From Nanobdellota archaeon (GTDB taxonomy: Archaea > Nanobdellota > Nanobdellia > Pacearchaeales > GW2011-AR1), in NCBI GenBank assembly GCA_038045425.1, contig JBBSYD010000032.1, positions 36,417-100,416 on the forward strand: 64,000 nt of DNA. Direction: 5' to 3'. Both the position numbers and the translations under genes were made by a program. Below, in pieces: positions 37,655 to 46,696 of the stretch. Each line of letters starts with the position of its first letter. Position 1 is the first letter of the stretch. The notes under the pieces are model-generated. The model was not told the DNA's origin and made no database searches. It saw only the letters and a program-made list of their open reading frames with translations.

Positions 37655-38887
37655 TTATATCTTTGCTTCCATCTCAACAATAAAGTCAGGTTTAATTCCT
37701 CTACAAAACATTTCCATAATTACACAGCAGATATTATGGCAAATTACTTTACATAAAACCTCATTTACTTGAGCGTTCCATTTCTTAGAACGAACAGAAT
37801 CGCCAAACTTAGATTTTATCATATACACCGAGGTCTCCGCGTTTGACCTCTGGTGATATGATTGTAAAAATTCCTCATTGTGTAAAGCAAAATAATGATA
37901 AAGTCTTTTCCAGATTCCACCTTTTCGACTTGGAGTAGAATTTATCTTAAATGGAATAAATGCCTTAGTTCCACTATTTTCTATTAACTCTAAATTATCC
38001 CTTGATAAGTAGGCTTTATCCGCACTTAATTCTTGCATATCAAAGAACTCTTTAGCTGTTTGATATAATTGTTTAAGCTGTGGGCAGTCATTATCAAATT
38101 CAGAAGTTATCTTAACGCTGGTAATTCCATTTGTAATTGTTCCAGTAATGAAATGACATTTAACCCATTTTCTTGAACTTATGGCTTTTCCATGCTTGAA
38201 TGAATACCATCTTTGAAAATTAGAAGTTCCAAATCCCGTGCTGTCTATGGCAAATTTCCTATCAATCTCTTTTAGAGGCAAGGCAGTGATTGTTACTAAT
38301 TGGCTAAGTAAATCGGTTAATTCTTCTTTATTGAAATAATCTGACATAGAACTTCTTGGTGTGATACTTTCTATGAAGTTACTTGATTTTGCCTGTTCCA
38401 TATCTGACGTGAATCTTCTACTTGAAAAAGTGGAATAAACTTTGAAAATCATAGAATAAATAGTATCTCTCAAAGAATTTTTAGGTTTACCAAAAGTATA
38501 AGGTCTCTCTTGTATTTTGCTTGTTAAGTCTGCTAGGAGCTTCATAAACAACTCTTTCTCTTTCGTTTGAGCTAGATTATAGTTATGCCAATCTTGAGCG
38601 TAGGTGACCTTCTTAGTAGCGGTTATAGTCACATTACCTTGCTTGTCTACTTCGTGAGTTACTATAAACTCAACTGCCCAAATATGTTTACACTTACATC
38701 CTCTCTCTTTATGGTCTTTGCAATTACATGAAGTATTATCTCCTCTGCTCTTAACAAAGTAAAATCCTGCTCCAGACTGGCTTGGAACTTTCCATCTACC
38801 TTTTTCATCTTGAACTATTCTTGAAGTCTGAGCTATTACTAAGCCTCTTTGTTTTCTTACTTCGATTGGATTATATTGTGTTTCCAT
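37655..38887 (-). CDS. DDE transposase with N-terminal SWIM zinc finger
   Basis: CNCKD...CKH; AIDSTG, ADKAY, YHQRSNAET...K. Confidence 0.92.
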   Translation of the reverse strand: METQYNPIEVRKQRGLVIAQTSRIVQDEKGRWKVPSQSGAGFYFVKSRGDNTSCNCKDHKERGCKCKHIWAVEFIVTHEVDKQGNVTITATKKVTYAQDWHNYNLAQTKEKELFMKLLADLTSKIQERPYTFGKPKNSLRDTIYSMIFKVYSTFSSRRFTSDMEQAKSSNFIESITPRSSMSDYFNKEELTDLLSQLVTITALPLKEIDRKFAIDSTGFGTSNFQRWYSFKHGKAISSRKWVKCHFITGTITNGITSVKITSEFDNDCPQLKQLYQTAKEFFDMQELSADKAYLSRDNLELIENSGTKAFIPFKINSTPSRKGGIWKRLYHYFALHNEEFLQSYHQRSNAETSVYMIKSKFGDSVRSKKWNAQVNEVLCKVICHNICCVIMEMFCRGIKPDFIVEMEAKI

Positions 38888-38895
38888 GTTATATT

Positions 38896-38993
38896 TAGAT
38901 ACCTAATCTATATAAATCTTTCGGTATCTAAAATCTTACTTGGAAGTAGATAAATTAGACACCTAAAAGTTTATAAATCGTAGATACCTAAAA
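38896..38993. promoter_or_regulatory. divergent promoter with repeated TAGAYACCTAA boxes
   Basis: tagatacctaa (~38897, ~38981), tagacacctaa (~38956), inverted ggtatcta (~38923). Confidence 0.6.
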
Positions 38994-38999
38994 TAATTA

Positions 39000-39167
39000 A
39001 TGAAGTTGCAAAAGCAGGTGAGTCGAGTATACAAAGGAGAAGAATACGAGAAATTTTGGATAGTTATACCTTCTAAGCTTGTAAAACTACTTGAATGGAA
39101 GACTGGACAAGATTTAGAGGGCGATGTGAAAGATGGGAAGCTCATAGTTGAAAAGAAGAAAAAATAA
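39000..39167 (+). CDS. AbrB/MazE-like small DNA-binding protein
   Basis: Manual translation MKLQKQVSRVYKGEEYEKFWIVIPSKLVKLLEWKTGQDLEGDVKDGKLIVEKKKK. Confidence 0.8.
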   Translation: MKLQKQVSRVYKGEEYEKFWIVIPSKLVKLLEWKTGQDLEGDVKDGKLIVEKKKK

Positions 39168-39257
39168 GGAGATAAAAATTTAGGTGATGAAAAATAAATA
39201 TTTATTCGGTTAATTCTTAATAAAAATATATTTAAACTGCTGTATCAATCAAATTAA

Positions 39258-39599
39258 ATGAAAGAAGTTGAATTAAGACAAATTATAAAAAATAGAATAA
39301 ATTTTAGAGAAGTAAATGCTAATGTAATGTATAATGGATTTGATATGTCTGGATATAATAATAGTGGTTTTTCTAATTTAGAGATATTAGCTAAGTTTCA
39401 AGATTTAATGAATTTAAATTGTGGAACTGAAAATAGGACTCCAAATCTTCACTTACCTATATTTTGGAAAGGTAGCGGACAGATTATCAAATTAGATAAT
39501 TCTGGAAAATTTGAAGTAATAGAAGAGCTTAATGGAGAAACAACGGAAGACATTATATTCAAAATACTTAAACTGCAAAATACTGCACTTCTTGATTAA
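39258..39599 (+). CDS. hypothetical protein (transposon cargo)
   Basis: ORF track. Confidence 0.65.
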   Translation: MKEVELRQIIKNRINFREVNANVMYNGFDMSGYNNSGFSNLEILAKFQDLMNLNCGTENRTPNLHLPIFWKGSGQIIKLDNSGKFEVIEELNGETTEDIIFKILKLQNTALLD

Positions 39600-39720
39600 A
39601 TTTCTGTCCGATAAGTCTTACTTTTTAGCTACTATTCGGACAAAGCCATTGAAACTGCTAGATTTAAAAACCCTGAAAACAATAAGTAAATGTATAAATA
39701 ATTAGGTTTAACTTTTTATT

Positions 39721-41358
39721 ATGATGAATAAATTTAACAAAGGCAAAAGAGGATTTGAACATAAACGAGAGAGACGCGAGTTTAGTATGGATGACTCTCC
39801 TAGACAGGCTAGTGGTAAAGTTACAATAAAAGAGCTTGTTGAAAATCCAGCTATGGCTAAAAGTACAAATCAGATTACTGCTGTGATTAATAGTGTTACT
39901 CAAACTACTGGGCCTTCATTGTTCTCGGTAAGTGATGGAACTGGAACTTTAGTTGTGAAAGCATTTGAAGGAGCAGGAGTTAGAGCATATCCTAATATTG
40001 AAGAAGATGATTGTGTTGAGATTCTATTGACTGTTAAGGAATATCAGGGAATGTTGGAAGGGGATGCAATGAGAATGACTAAGTTAAGTCCTGAAGTTTC
40101 TGAAAAAGTTAAGAAAGCGATTTCCGATATGCAAAGGGCACAGGCACAGGCAAAAGAAATTCCATTTTTAATTAAGAGTAAGGTATTGGATAAATTGAAA
40201 GAAAGTTTTATGAAAGCTGCTACTGAAATTAGATTAGCCATATTTACCAATAGACCAATAATTGTTAGACATCATAATGATGCGGATGGATATTCTTCTG
40301 GATATTCAGTTGAAAGTGCAATATTGCCTTTGTTGATGAAGCAACATGGTGGTTCTACTAAAGCATTGAGAACACACTATAATAGAGCACCAAGTAATAC
40401 TCCATTTTATGACATTGAAGATTCAATTAAAGATTCTAGTCATTCTTTAACTGGACAGGCTAATTTTTCTGAGAAGATTCCATTGGTAGTAATCGTGGAT
40501 ACTGGAAGTTCAGAAGAAAGTTTATTGGGAATTCAACAGGGAAAGATTCATGGAACTGATTTTATTGTTGTTGACCATCACTTTTCTGAGAAAGATGTAA
40601 TAAGTAAAGAAGTACTTGTTCATATTAATCCATTTTTAGTTGGGGAAGATGGAGGAAAGTATTCTGCAGGAATGTTGTGTTCTGAACTTGCTAGATTCAT
40701 TAATCCTGAGGCTTCTGTTGATCATATTCCTGCACTTGCTGGACTTGCAGATATGATTGATAATCCTGAAATTCTTGAGCAGTATATGAAGATTGCTGAA
40801 AATAAGGGGTATAGCAAGCAGTTGATGCATGATATTTCTGCGGTTATTGATTTTGTTTCCACTAAGTTAAGATTTATGGAAGCAAGAGAATATGTGGGAG
40901 TTATGTTTGGAAATCCTATTGCACAGCAGAAGAAATTAGTTAGTTTGCTTGGACCGTATGTTAGAAATTTGGAAAATAAATCGTTGGAAATTGCTAAATC
41001 GGTAGTTAGAAAGGAAGATATTGGGGGAAAGGTTGTTCAGTTCTTGTATATTGAAGAATCATTCTCAAGAGGAGTTTATCCTAAACCTGGAAGAGCTAAT
41101 GGAATGTTGCATGATTTTACATGCAAGGAAGGAAATAAGAAAGTTATTAGCCTAGGAATATTGGGAGATGCAATAACTATGAGAGCAAGTGAAGAATCTA
41201 AGTTTTCAGTTCATGATTTAATTAAGCATTTGCATAAAAGTTTACCTGGAGCATTTGTAGAAGGTGGGGGACATCATCTTGCTGGAGCAATAAGATTTGT
41301 TCCGTCGCAGAGAGAGAATGTTTTGAATGCTATTAGAACTTTTGTTAAAGCTAATTAG
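39721..41358 (+). CDS. RecJ-like DHH phosphoesterase with OB fold
   Basis: HHNDADG, VDTG, VDHH, GGGH; N-terminal OB fold. Confidence 0.9.
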   Translation: MMNKFNKGKRGFEHKRERREFSMDDSPRQASGKVTIKELVENPAMAKSTNQITAVINSVTQTTGPSLFSVSDGTGTLVVKAFEGAGVRAYPNIEEDDCVEILLTVKEYQGMLEGDAMRMTKLSPEVSEKVKKAISDMQRAQAQAKEIPFLIKSKVLDKLKESFMKAATEIRLAIFTNRPIIVRHHNDADGYSSGYSVESAILPLLMKQHGGSTKALRTHYNRAPSNTPFYDIEDSIKDSSHSLTGQANFSEKIPLVVIVDTGSSEESLLGIQQGKIHGTDFIVVDHHFSEKDVISKEVLVHINPFLVGEDGGKYSAGMLCSELARFINPEASVDHIPALAGLADMIDNPEILEQYMKIAENKGYSKQLMHDISAVIDFVSTKLRFMEAREYVGVMFGNPIAQQKKLVSLLGPYVRNLENKSLEIAKSVVRKEDIGGKVVQFLYIEESFSRGVYPKPGRANGMLHDFTCKEGNKKVISLGILGDAITMRASEESKFSVHDLIKHLHKSLPGAFVEGGGHHLAGAIRFVPSQRENVLNAIRTFVKAN

Positions 41359-41540
41359 GGGAATTAAACCTAAGGTTTAGGATACATACTTTCCTGTCTT
41401 CGTGAATGTCGGAAGAAAATTGTGAAAACTTTTGCTAAAAAATAATTTAAATCAGAATTTTAGGTAAATCTATATTTATTATATATGTCCAATAATTGGA
41501 TAACCATAATCATTAAATAATCTTTTTTTGAGTAATTTTC

Positions 41541-41957
41541 ATGAATAATATAGAGTTAGTATTACTTCGACATGAAGATGAATATTTGATAAATATTTTT
41601 GTTTTGAGGGTTATTGGAGAGGGAGATAAAATAAAACAAAAGGTTCTTTATGTTGAGTCTAATCCAGTTGGAGCACCTCAAATTTTTCCAATTTGTTGGA
41701 TGAATATGAATTTTGATTCTTCTTGGAATCATTTTTATCAAAAAGATGGAAAAGTGGTCGATTATAAAATGACTCGTGAAGATGCAGTCACTCATGCAGA
41801 AAAAATGATTAGAGATAGTGCTGCTAATTATATCCAAAAAAGGTCAGGAGAATTTGGAAAGATTACATTAGTTGACAATTTATCTCATCCTTCTGGTGGA
41901 GAAACCAATTTCAATCATAGATTCTGGTATACACCTGTTTGGTTCCCTGAAATTTAA
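41541..41957 (+). CDS. hypothetical protein
   Basis: ORF track. Confidence 0.6.
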   Translation: MNNIELVLLRHEDEYLINIFVLRVIGEGDKIKQKVLYVESNPVGAPQIFPICWMNMNFDSSWNHFYQKDGKVVDYKMTREDAVTHAEKMIRDSAANYIQKRSGEFGKITLVDNLSHPSGGETNFNHRFWYTPVWFPEI

Positions 41958-42233
41958 AGGCTTTAAACTCCATAGTTCACTGCCTCTTTTTTGAACTTAA
42001 AACGCCATAAACCTAAAATGGAGTTGATAGTAGAGGAGCTAAATAATTCTTACTGATAATCTAGTGATTAGATTTAATTTATTTTTACATTTAAATCAAA
42101 ATCCATTTAGAGCATTCAATGAATATTAATTAAATATTCTATTGATGAATTATATAATTAGGGAGGATTCATATAAATTAAATATATCCTTATTTATAAT
42201 CTTATTTTTAAACTGCAGGAGATTTAATTTTCA

Positions 42234-42584
42234 ATGATAAAAAAATTATTAGATTATTTGAGTGGACTTTTAGTTTTGGGAGAAGGATTTAGAGCGCCGG
42301 AGATATCAGGCATTCCTCTCGAAGAAATAAGGAAATATGATTTAAGTCAGTTAAATTTAGTTTTACCAAATTTGATTAATGATTTTAGAGGACAACCATT
42401 TATTGAGAGCGAATTGATGTATCCTAAGTTAGCTTTGGCATTGAGTCGATATGAAGATCTTACTTCTGGAATGTATGTTCAAATAAATAGCAAAACTAGA
42501 AAGATAGAATGGCCCACTCCAGAAGAATTAACGATTCTGGATAGACTGAAAAGTAAACTTGAAGATAAACTGAATGGTAACTAA
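42234..42584 (+). CDS. hypothetical protein
   Basis: ORF track. Confidence 0.6.
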   Translation: MIKKLLDYLSGLLVLGEGFRAPEISGIPLEEIRKYDLSQLNLVLPNLINDFRGQPFIESELMYPKLALALSRYEDLTSGMYVQINSKTRKIEWPTPEELTILDRLKSKLEDKLNGN

Positions 42585-42633
42585 AACTGCGAGGAAGGAA
42601 GTTTTAAATAGACTTTTTAATCTTGAAAGTTAA

Positions 42634-42748
42634 GCGCTAGTAGTTTAGTGGTAAAACGGCTCGTTGCCAACTCTAGGAGTCTAAAGAACTACAATTGTTT
42701 AGACTAGGTAAAAACGAGCAGTCTCGAGTCCGATTCTCGACTTGCGCA
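42634..42748 (+). tRNA. tRNA-Gly(GCC) with 44-nt intron (42670-42713)
   Basis: GCGCTAG/CTTGCGC acceptor, GCTCG/CGAGC anticodon stem, BHB helix TTGC/GTAA, T-loop TCCGATT. Confidence 0.9.
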
Positions 42749-42757
42749 TAAAATTAA

Positions 42758-42952
42758 TTATTGATTTATTAACAATAGAGATTCTATAAATTCAAAACAT
42801 TTTTCTACTGCTACAATACTAAGTGCGATAAATAATCCAAAGGATAAATTTTTGTCTAATCCTCTTATGCCTACTAGATAAGTTAAACCAAAGATTAGTA
42901 TTAATGAAATTAAAAATACCCATAATTTAGCCTCAACTTTAGTTATCTTCAT
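42758..42952 (-). CDS. small membrane protein
   Basis: Two hydrophobic segments. Confidence 0.55.
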   Translation of the reverse strand: MKITKVEAKLWVFLISLILIFGLTYLVGIRGLDKNLSFGLFIALSIVAVEKCFEFIESLLLINQ

Positions 42953-42991
42953 TAAAGGTTAAATAATTTGATTATTATAAGCTTTTGTTTA

Positions 42992-43225
42992 CTAGAATAA
43001 AAAATTATAAATCGCTAAGATTATTATAATTATCATCATTAAAATTCCTAGTTTTTTAAGAAATTGAACAAACTCTCTATCTTCTAGTATAATCCCTTCT
43101 TTATATGAATAAGAACGTTCATATCTCTCTTTTTCTTTGCGTCTTATTTTTTCTGATTTTTTTTGTTTTCTTTTATCTATCTTGATCATTCGCATATAAT
43201 CATTAGCTCCGTAATCGTTGCCCAT
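42992..43225 (-). CDS. small protein with C-terminal TM
   Basis: ORF track. Confidence 0.55.
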   Translation of the reverse strand: MGNDYGANDYMRMIKIDKRKQKKSEKIRRKEKERYERSYSYKEGIILEDREFVQFLKKLGILMMIIIIILAIYNFLF

Positions 43226-43290
43226 ATATTTCTGAATCCCATTATTTATTTAAATCTGTCTTTTTATAAATAAATTAAGCTAGAGAATAC

Positions 43291-43533
43291 TTATTCTATA
43301 TTCACACGAATTTTAATACCTTCTGCTGATTTTACATAATAGGTTCCTTTATTATGCTTCTTTCCAGTTGATTTTTCTATTTCTTTTTTTGTCCATTTAA
43401 TACTCGGGCTTTCTTCAGGATAAAACATAACTAAAAGTCGGTCTATAAAATCTATGTTTGTAATTCTTTTAACTTTCATTCCTAGATGAATTAAACCATC
43501 TTCGCCAACAAAGCAACCATTATACTCAGCCAT
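43291..43533 (-). CDS. hypothetical protein
   Basis: ORF track. Confidence 0.55.
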   Translation of the reverse strand: MAEYNGCFVGEDGLIHLGMKVKRITNIDFIDRLLVMFYPEESPSIKWTKKEIEKSTGKKHNKGTYYVKSAEGIKIRVNIE

Positions 43534-43899
43534 AATAATGTACTTTTTAGTAACTTATATTACTTTCTATATTTATAAAAAGATAGTAGGAATAATTAAA
43601 AACAATGCATTCTCTTAAGATATGTGACTTTTCAGTTTTTTATTAATAAAATTCAAAGAACCATTGAAATTCTGTGTATCATTAAAGATAATCGCTCTCA
43701 TTTTTAAAGGAGGGAGAGATATCCAGTAAAGGAACACCTCTCCCTGTTATTCTATTAAGATTTATAGGATAAACTTATATATAAATATTTGTTTGGAAAG
43801 ATAATGTGCACTAATCTTGTTACTAATACTACTGCTATTTGACATTTTTGTTAAATTGATTTGCAATCATTAAAACCATAAAACAGGTATAAAAAATGA

Positions 43900-44097
43900 T
43901 TAAATCCTATTTGTTGCTCTTAAATACTTTCTTGCATTTTCCTCAAAATTGTCTCCAAATAGTTTTCTGAATATTTCATTAGTCGCTTTCAATTGAGATT
44001 CTATTAGTATCCTTTGTTGTTCAAACAAGGACTTATCTAAAAGAAGTTTTTCGGCATAAAGTTTCACAAACTCTGAATCTGATATCTCTAAAGTCAT
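43900..44097 (-). CDS. hypothetical protein
   Basis: ORF track. Confidence 0.6.
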   Translation of the reverse strand: MTLEISDSEFVKLYAEKLLLDKSLFEQQRILIESQLKATNEIFRKLFGDNFEENARKYLRATNRI

Positions 44098-44299
44098 GAT
44101 TTATCTAAGAGGAGTTTGTATTTATAACTTTCTAACAAGTCGGGGAGAATGTTTATTAATATGATAAATTATTTGGATACTTAGGAAGATAGTTGCGTAT
44201 TTCTTCTAAGATAAAGAGAATTTGAGCCACAGTAAGCTGAGGAATATTTACTCAAAATGTAATGAATGGGTTTATAAACCGCCTAAAAAGAAAAATTAT

Positions 44300-44668
44300 A
44301 TGACTAAAGCATTACTTGGATTGCATACGAAAGCTATTGCGGTACTTACGGAGGCGTGTCTGCAAAGGAAGGGATATGAAACAGAACAGGTTAAAACTCC
44401 TGTGGAAATGTCAGCGAGAGCAAGAACTGGAGAATATAGTTTGCATATTATGGATTTGAACTTGGGAGTTTCTGGTGCCACAGATATAACTCCTGGAAGA
44501 GAAGTTTATGATTTAGTTAGAGATAGAGTTGGAAGAGGAGAAGCATTATTTTTGGGAATTTCTGGAAGCGTTGAAACTGTAGAATTAGCAGAAAGAGAAA
44601 GAATTCCGGCAATATTAAATACTAACTTATTTAGATGGATAGCTCAATTGCCAATTGTTAAAGCTTAA
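44300..44668 (+). CDS. hypothetical protein, degenerate receiver-like fold
   Basis: HIMDLNLG, FLGISG; start after tttataaa. Confidence 0.6.
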   Translation: MTKALLGLHTKAIAVLTEACLQRKGYETEQVKTPVEMSARARTGEYSLHIMDLNLGVSGATDITPGREVYDLVRDRVGRGEALFLGISGSVETVELAERERIPAILNTNLFRWIAQLPIVKA

Positions 44669-44692
44669 AAACTTAAATTTCTGTTTGAATTG

Positions 44693-44938
44693 ATGGGAAG
44701 AAGAAAAACGTTTTTGAAAATACCTGAAGTGGCTGTTATTAAATGCCCTAGTTGTGGAGCTAAGAGTAAAAGAAAAGTGCCTTTGGATGCTTCGCCACAA
44801 TATTTTGATTGTGATAAATGTTCTGCTCACATTCGGACGCCAATTACGGGATGTTGTATAATTTGTGCTTTTACGAATAAAAAATGTGTGCCTAGTTTGA
44901 AAATGGAAGCAATGGCTAAGGGTTTAGAATTAAGGTGA
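44693..44938 (+). CDS. Cys-rich metal-binding protein (GDCCVxC-like)
   Basis: CPSCG, CDKC, GCCIIC, KCVP. Confidence 0.7.
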   Translation: MGRRKTFLKIPEVAVIKCPSCGAKSKRKVPLDASPQYFDCDKCSAHIRTPITGCCIICAFTNKKCVPSLKMEAMAKGLELR

Positions 44939-45514
44939 TGGACCTACTCCTCTGAGTCCTTTGAAATAGAGAGATGCTTCTGGAGTATCAATACCTAGGT
45001 GTGCTAACATCGCATCGAAATCTAATTTTCCGTTTTCAAATAATATAATTTCGGCTTTTCTTTTTAGTTTTTCGTCTAATCTGCCATAATTTTCCTCTAA
45101 ATTCGATAGAGAAAATCTAATAATTCTATGTGCTAGAGAAATGTATTCTTTTGCTCTCATAAAATATGAACCTGGAACGGGTTTAGATAATTCTTCTGTT
45201 ATAGTCCCTACGGTTGCAAGAGTTTCTATACCTTGAACTCTGGAATCTAGAAATCTCTCAGCTATTTCTACTTGTCTTATGGAATTGACTTTTCTAGGGA
45301 AATTATTTCTTAAAATATTAAGATAATAGCGAGTGTTATCCAGTCTTTCTTCTTCAGTAGATAAGGTTTCTAGTTCTCGGCCCAAGATTCTAGCATTTGA
45401 TAGCCAGGAAGAATAATCTTGTTTGCTTGACAAGGGATTTAATTTACTTGCAAGCCTTGCTCTGGTGTTCAATACTATTTGAAAAAAATGTGAATGGGGG
45501 GTGGAGGTTGCCAT
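44930..45514 (-). CDS. hypothetical protein
   Basis: ORF track. Confidence 0.6.
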   Translation of the reverse strand: MATSTPHSHFFQIVLNTRARLASKLNPLSSKQDYSSWLSNARILGRELETLSTEEERLDNTRYYLNILRNNFPRKVNSIRQVEIAERFLDSRVQGIETLATVGTITEELSKPVPGSYFMRAKEYISLAHRIIRFSLSNLEENYGRLDEKLKRKAEIILFENGKLDFDAMLAHLGIDTPEASLYFKGLRGVGPSP

Positions 45515-45565
45515 GTGTTTTTAGAAAAGGGCAAGGTTTAAAAGATTATTGTTTCAAGAGATTTT

Positions 45566-45796
45566 ATGGGTTTAATTAAGGTTGCTTTTAATTTTGATGA
45601 ACAATCTTTAGCAGAATTAGAAAAAATTAGACTAAGATATGGTTTGAAAACAGTGGAAGAAGCAATAATTACTTCTTTGAGCGTATATCGTCGAGTTATT
45701 AAAGAATATTTACAAGGATATGAAGAATTAGCTGTGAGAAATCCAAAAACGGGTGAAGAAAGAACATTTACGCCTGAGGCTATACTTTGGGGATAA
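45566..45796 (+). CDS. ribbon-helix-helix-like protein
   Basis: VAFNFDE...LEKIR...EEAIITSL; similar to 61119-61364. Confidence 0.6.
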   Translation: MGLIKVAFNFDEQSLAELEKIRLRYGLKTVEEAIITSLSVYRRVIKEYLQGYEELAVRNPKTGEERTFTPEAILWG

Positions 45797-45864
45797 ATTA
45801 GAGCAATAGTTTCTAGAGATCTGGGCAGAAATGTTTATAAGACTAAAAATAAGCAGATAATTAT

Positions 45865-45935
45865 GGCCCATTAGGCTAATGGTAGACCGGTTCGTTTACA
45901 CCGAACATGCGGAGGTCCGATTCCTCCATGGGCCA
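45865..45935 (+). tRNA. tRNA-Val(TAC)
   Basis: GGCCCAT/ATGGGCC, GTTCG-TTTACAC-CGAAC, GGAGG-TCCGATT-CCTCC. Confidence 0.92.
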
Positions 45936-45938
45936 CTT

Positions 45939-46517
45939 TTATTTTTTATAATTGCCTGGAAATATAAAATAGGCTGCAGTTCCATCATTTTTTAGGAAAG
46001 GAACTTTATATCCTTCTGCGTCTCTTTCAACTCTATCCTTTAATGGGAAAGGGAATTCAAAAGGTCTCCTGGGTAAATTACTTTCTGCAAGAGAATCAAG
46101 ATTAAATATTTGACCTACTCCAGTTTTAATAGTTTTCATCCTGAATAAATCTCCTTGTTTTTCATATTTGAATTCTACAAACAAATGAGATTCTGGTGAA
46201 ATGTCTATACCTAACCAATAAACTTGCCCTCGCTTATCCGGTCTTTTTATATCCATAGATAATTCCATTCCAGAAACAATGCCTCGATCATAATCAACTA
46301 CCAAGCAAGTCTTATTTGTTAATATTGGTTGGGCATTTCTTTCTTCAGACTGTCTTTTTAGAAAATTATGAGTAAAGATCCATCTATGTTCAACATCGCT
46401 AAATAGAAGAATGTCTAAACGCGCTTCTCCCTGTGGAAGACTTATCTTGTATTCTCTTGGAATTTTTCTTCTCATGTTATTTTCAGAATTAGGCTTCTGA
46501 GGTTGCCATCGCCTCAA
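45939..46517 (-). CDS. hypothetical protein (start uncertain, possibly 46475)
   Basis: ORF track. Confidence 0.6.
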   Translation of the reverse strand: MRRWQPQKPNSENNMRRKIPREYKISLPQGEARLDILLFSDVEHRWIFTHNFLKRQSEERNAQPILTNKTCLVVDYDRGIVSGMELSMDIKRPDKRGQVYWLGIDISPESHLFVEFKYEKQGDLFRMKTIKTGVGQIFNLDSLAESNLPRRPFEFPFPLKDRVERDAEGYKVPFLKNDGTAAYFIFPGNYKK

Positions 46518-46604
46518 AAATCTATAAATTAGTTCATTTTAAAACCTTTCGAATTTTATCCTCTTGTAGATTACAGAACAAGTATACCCTTTTAGTTAGA
46601 GTCA

Positions 46605-46655
46605 TTTACACCGAATGGTCGGGAGTTCGATTCCTCCATGGGCCACTTTTATTTT
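46605..46655 (+). repeat. 3'-half copy of tRNA-Val(TAC)
   Basis: tttacaccgaa...cgattcctccatgggccacttttatttt matches 45895-45945. Confidence 0.92.
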
Positions 46656-46696
46656 GTTTTAGTTCAATTTATAAATTGCCAAAGGAAGGTAGTATT

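Larger units (their letters stand above)
32884..39647. mobile_element. 6.76-kb cargo-carrying DDE transposon with TIRs and 9-bp TSD
   Basis: TSD attgaaact at 32875-32883 and 39648-39656; TIR GGCTTTGTCCGATAAGTAG vs reverse complement of right end GGCTTTGTCCGAATAGTAG; internal transposase. Confidence 0.92.

Noticed and set aside
38963..39145. 60-aa minus-strand ORF
   Set aside because: Antisense shadow of the AbrB-like gene at 39000-39167.
41965..42055. Possible fluoride riboswitch (ATGGAGTT...GCTAAATAATTCTTAC)
   Set aside because: The defining 5' stem/pseudoknot pairing is absent and no fluoride-related gene follows.
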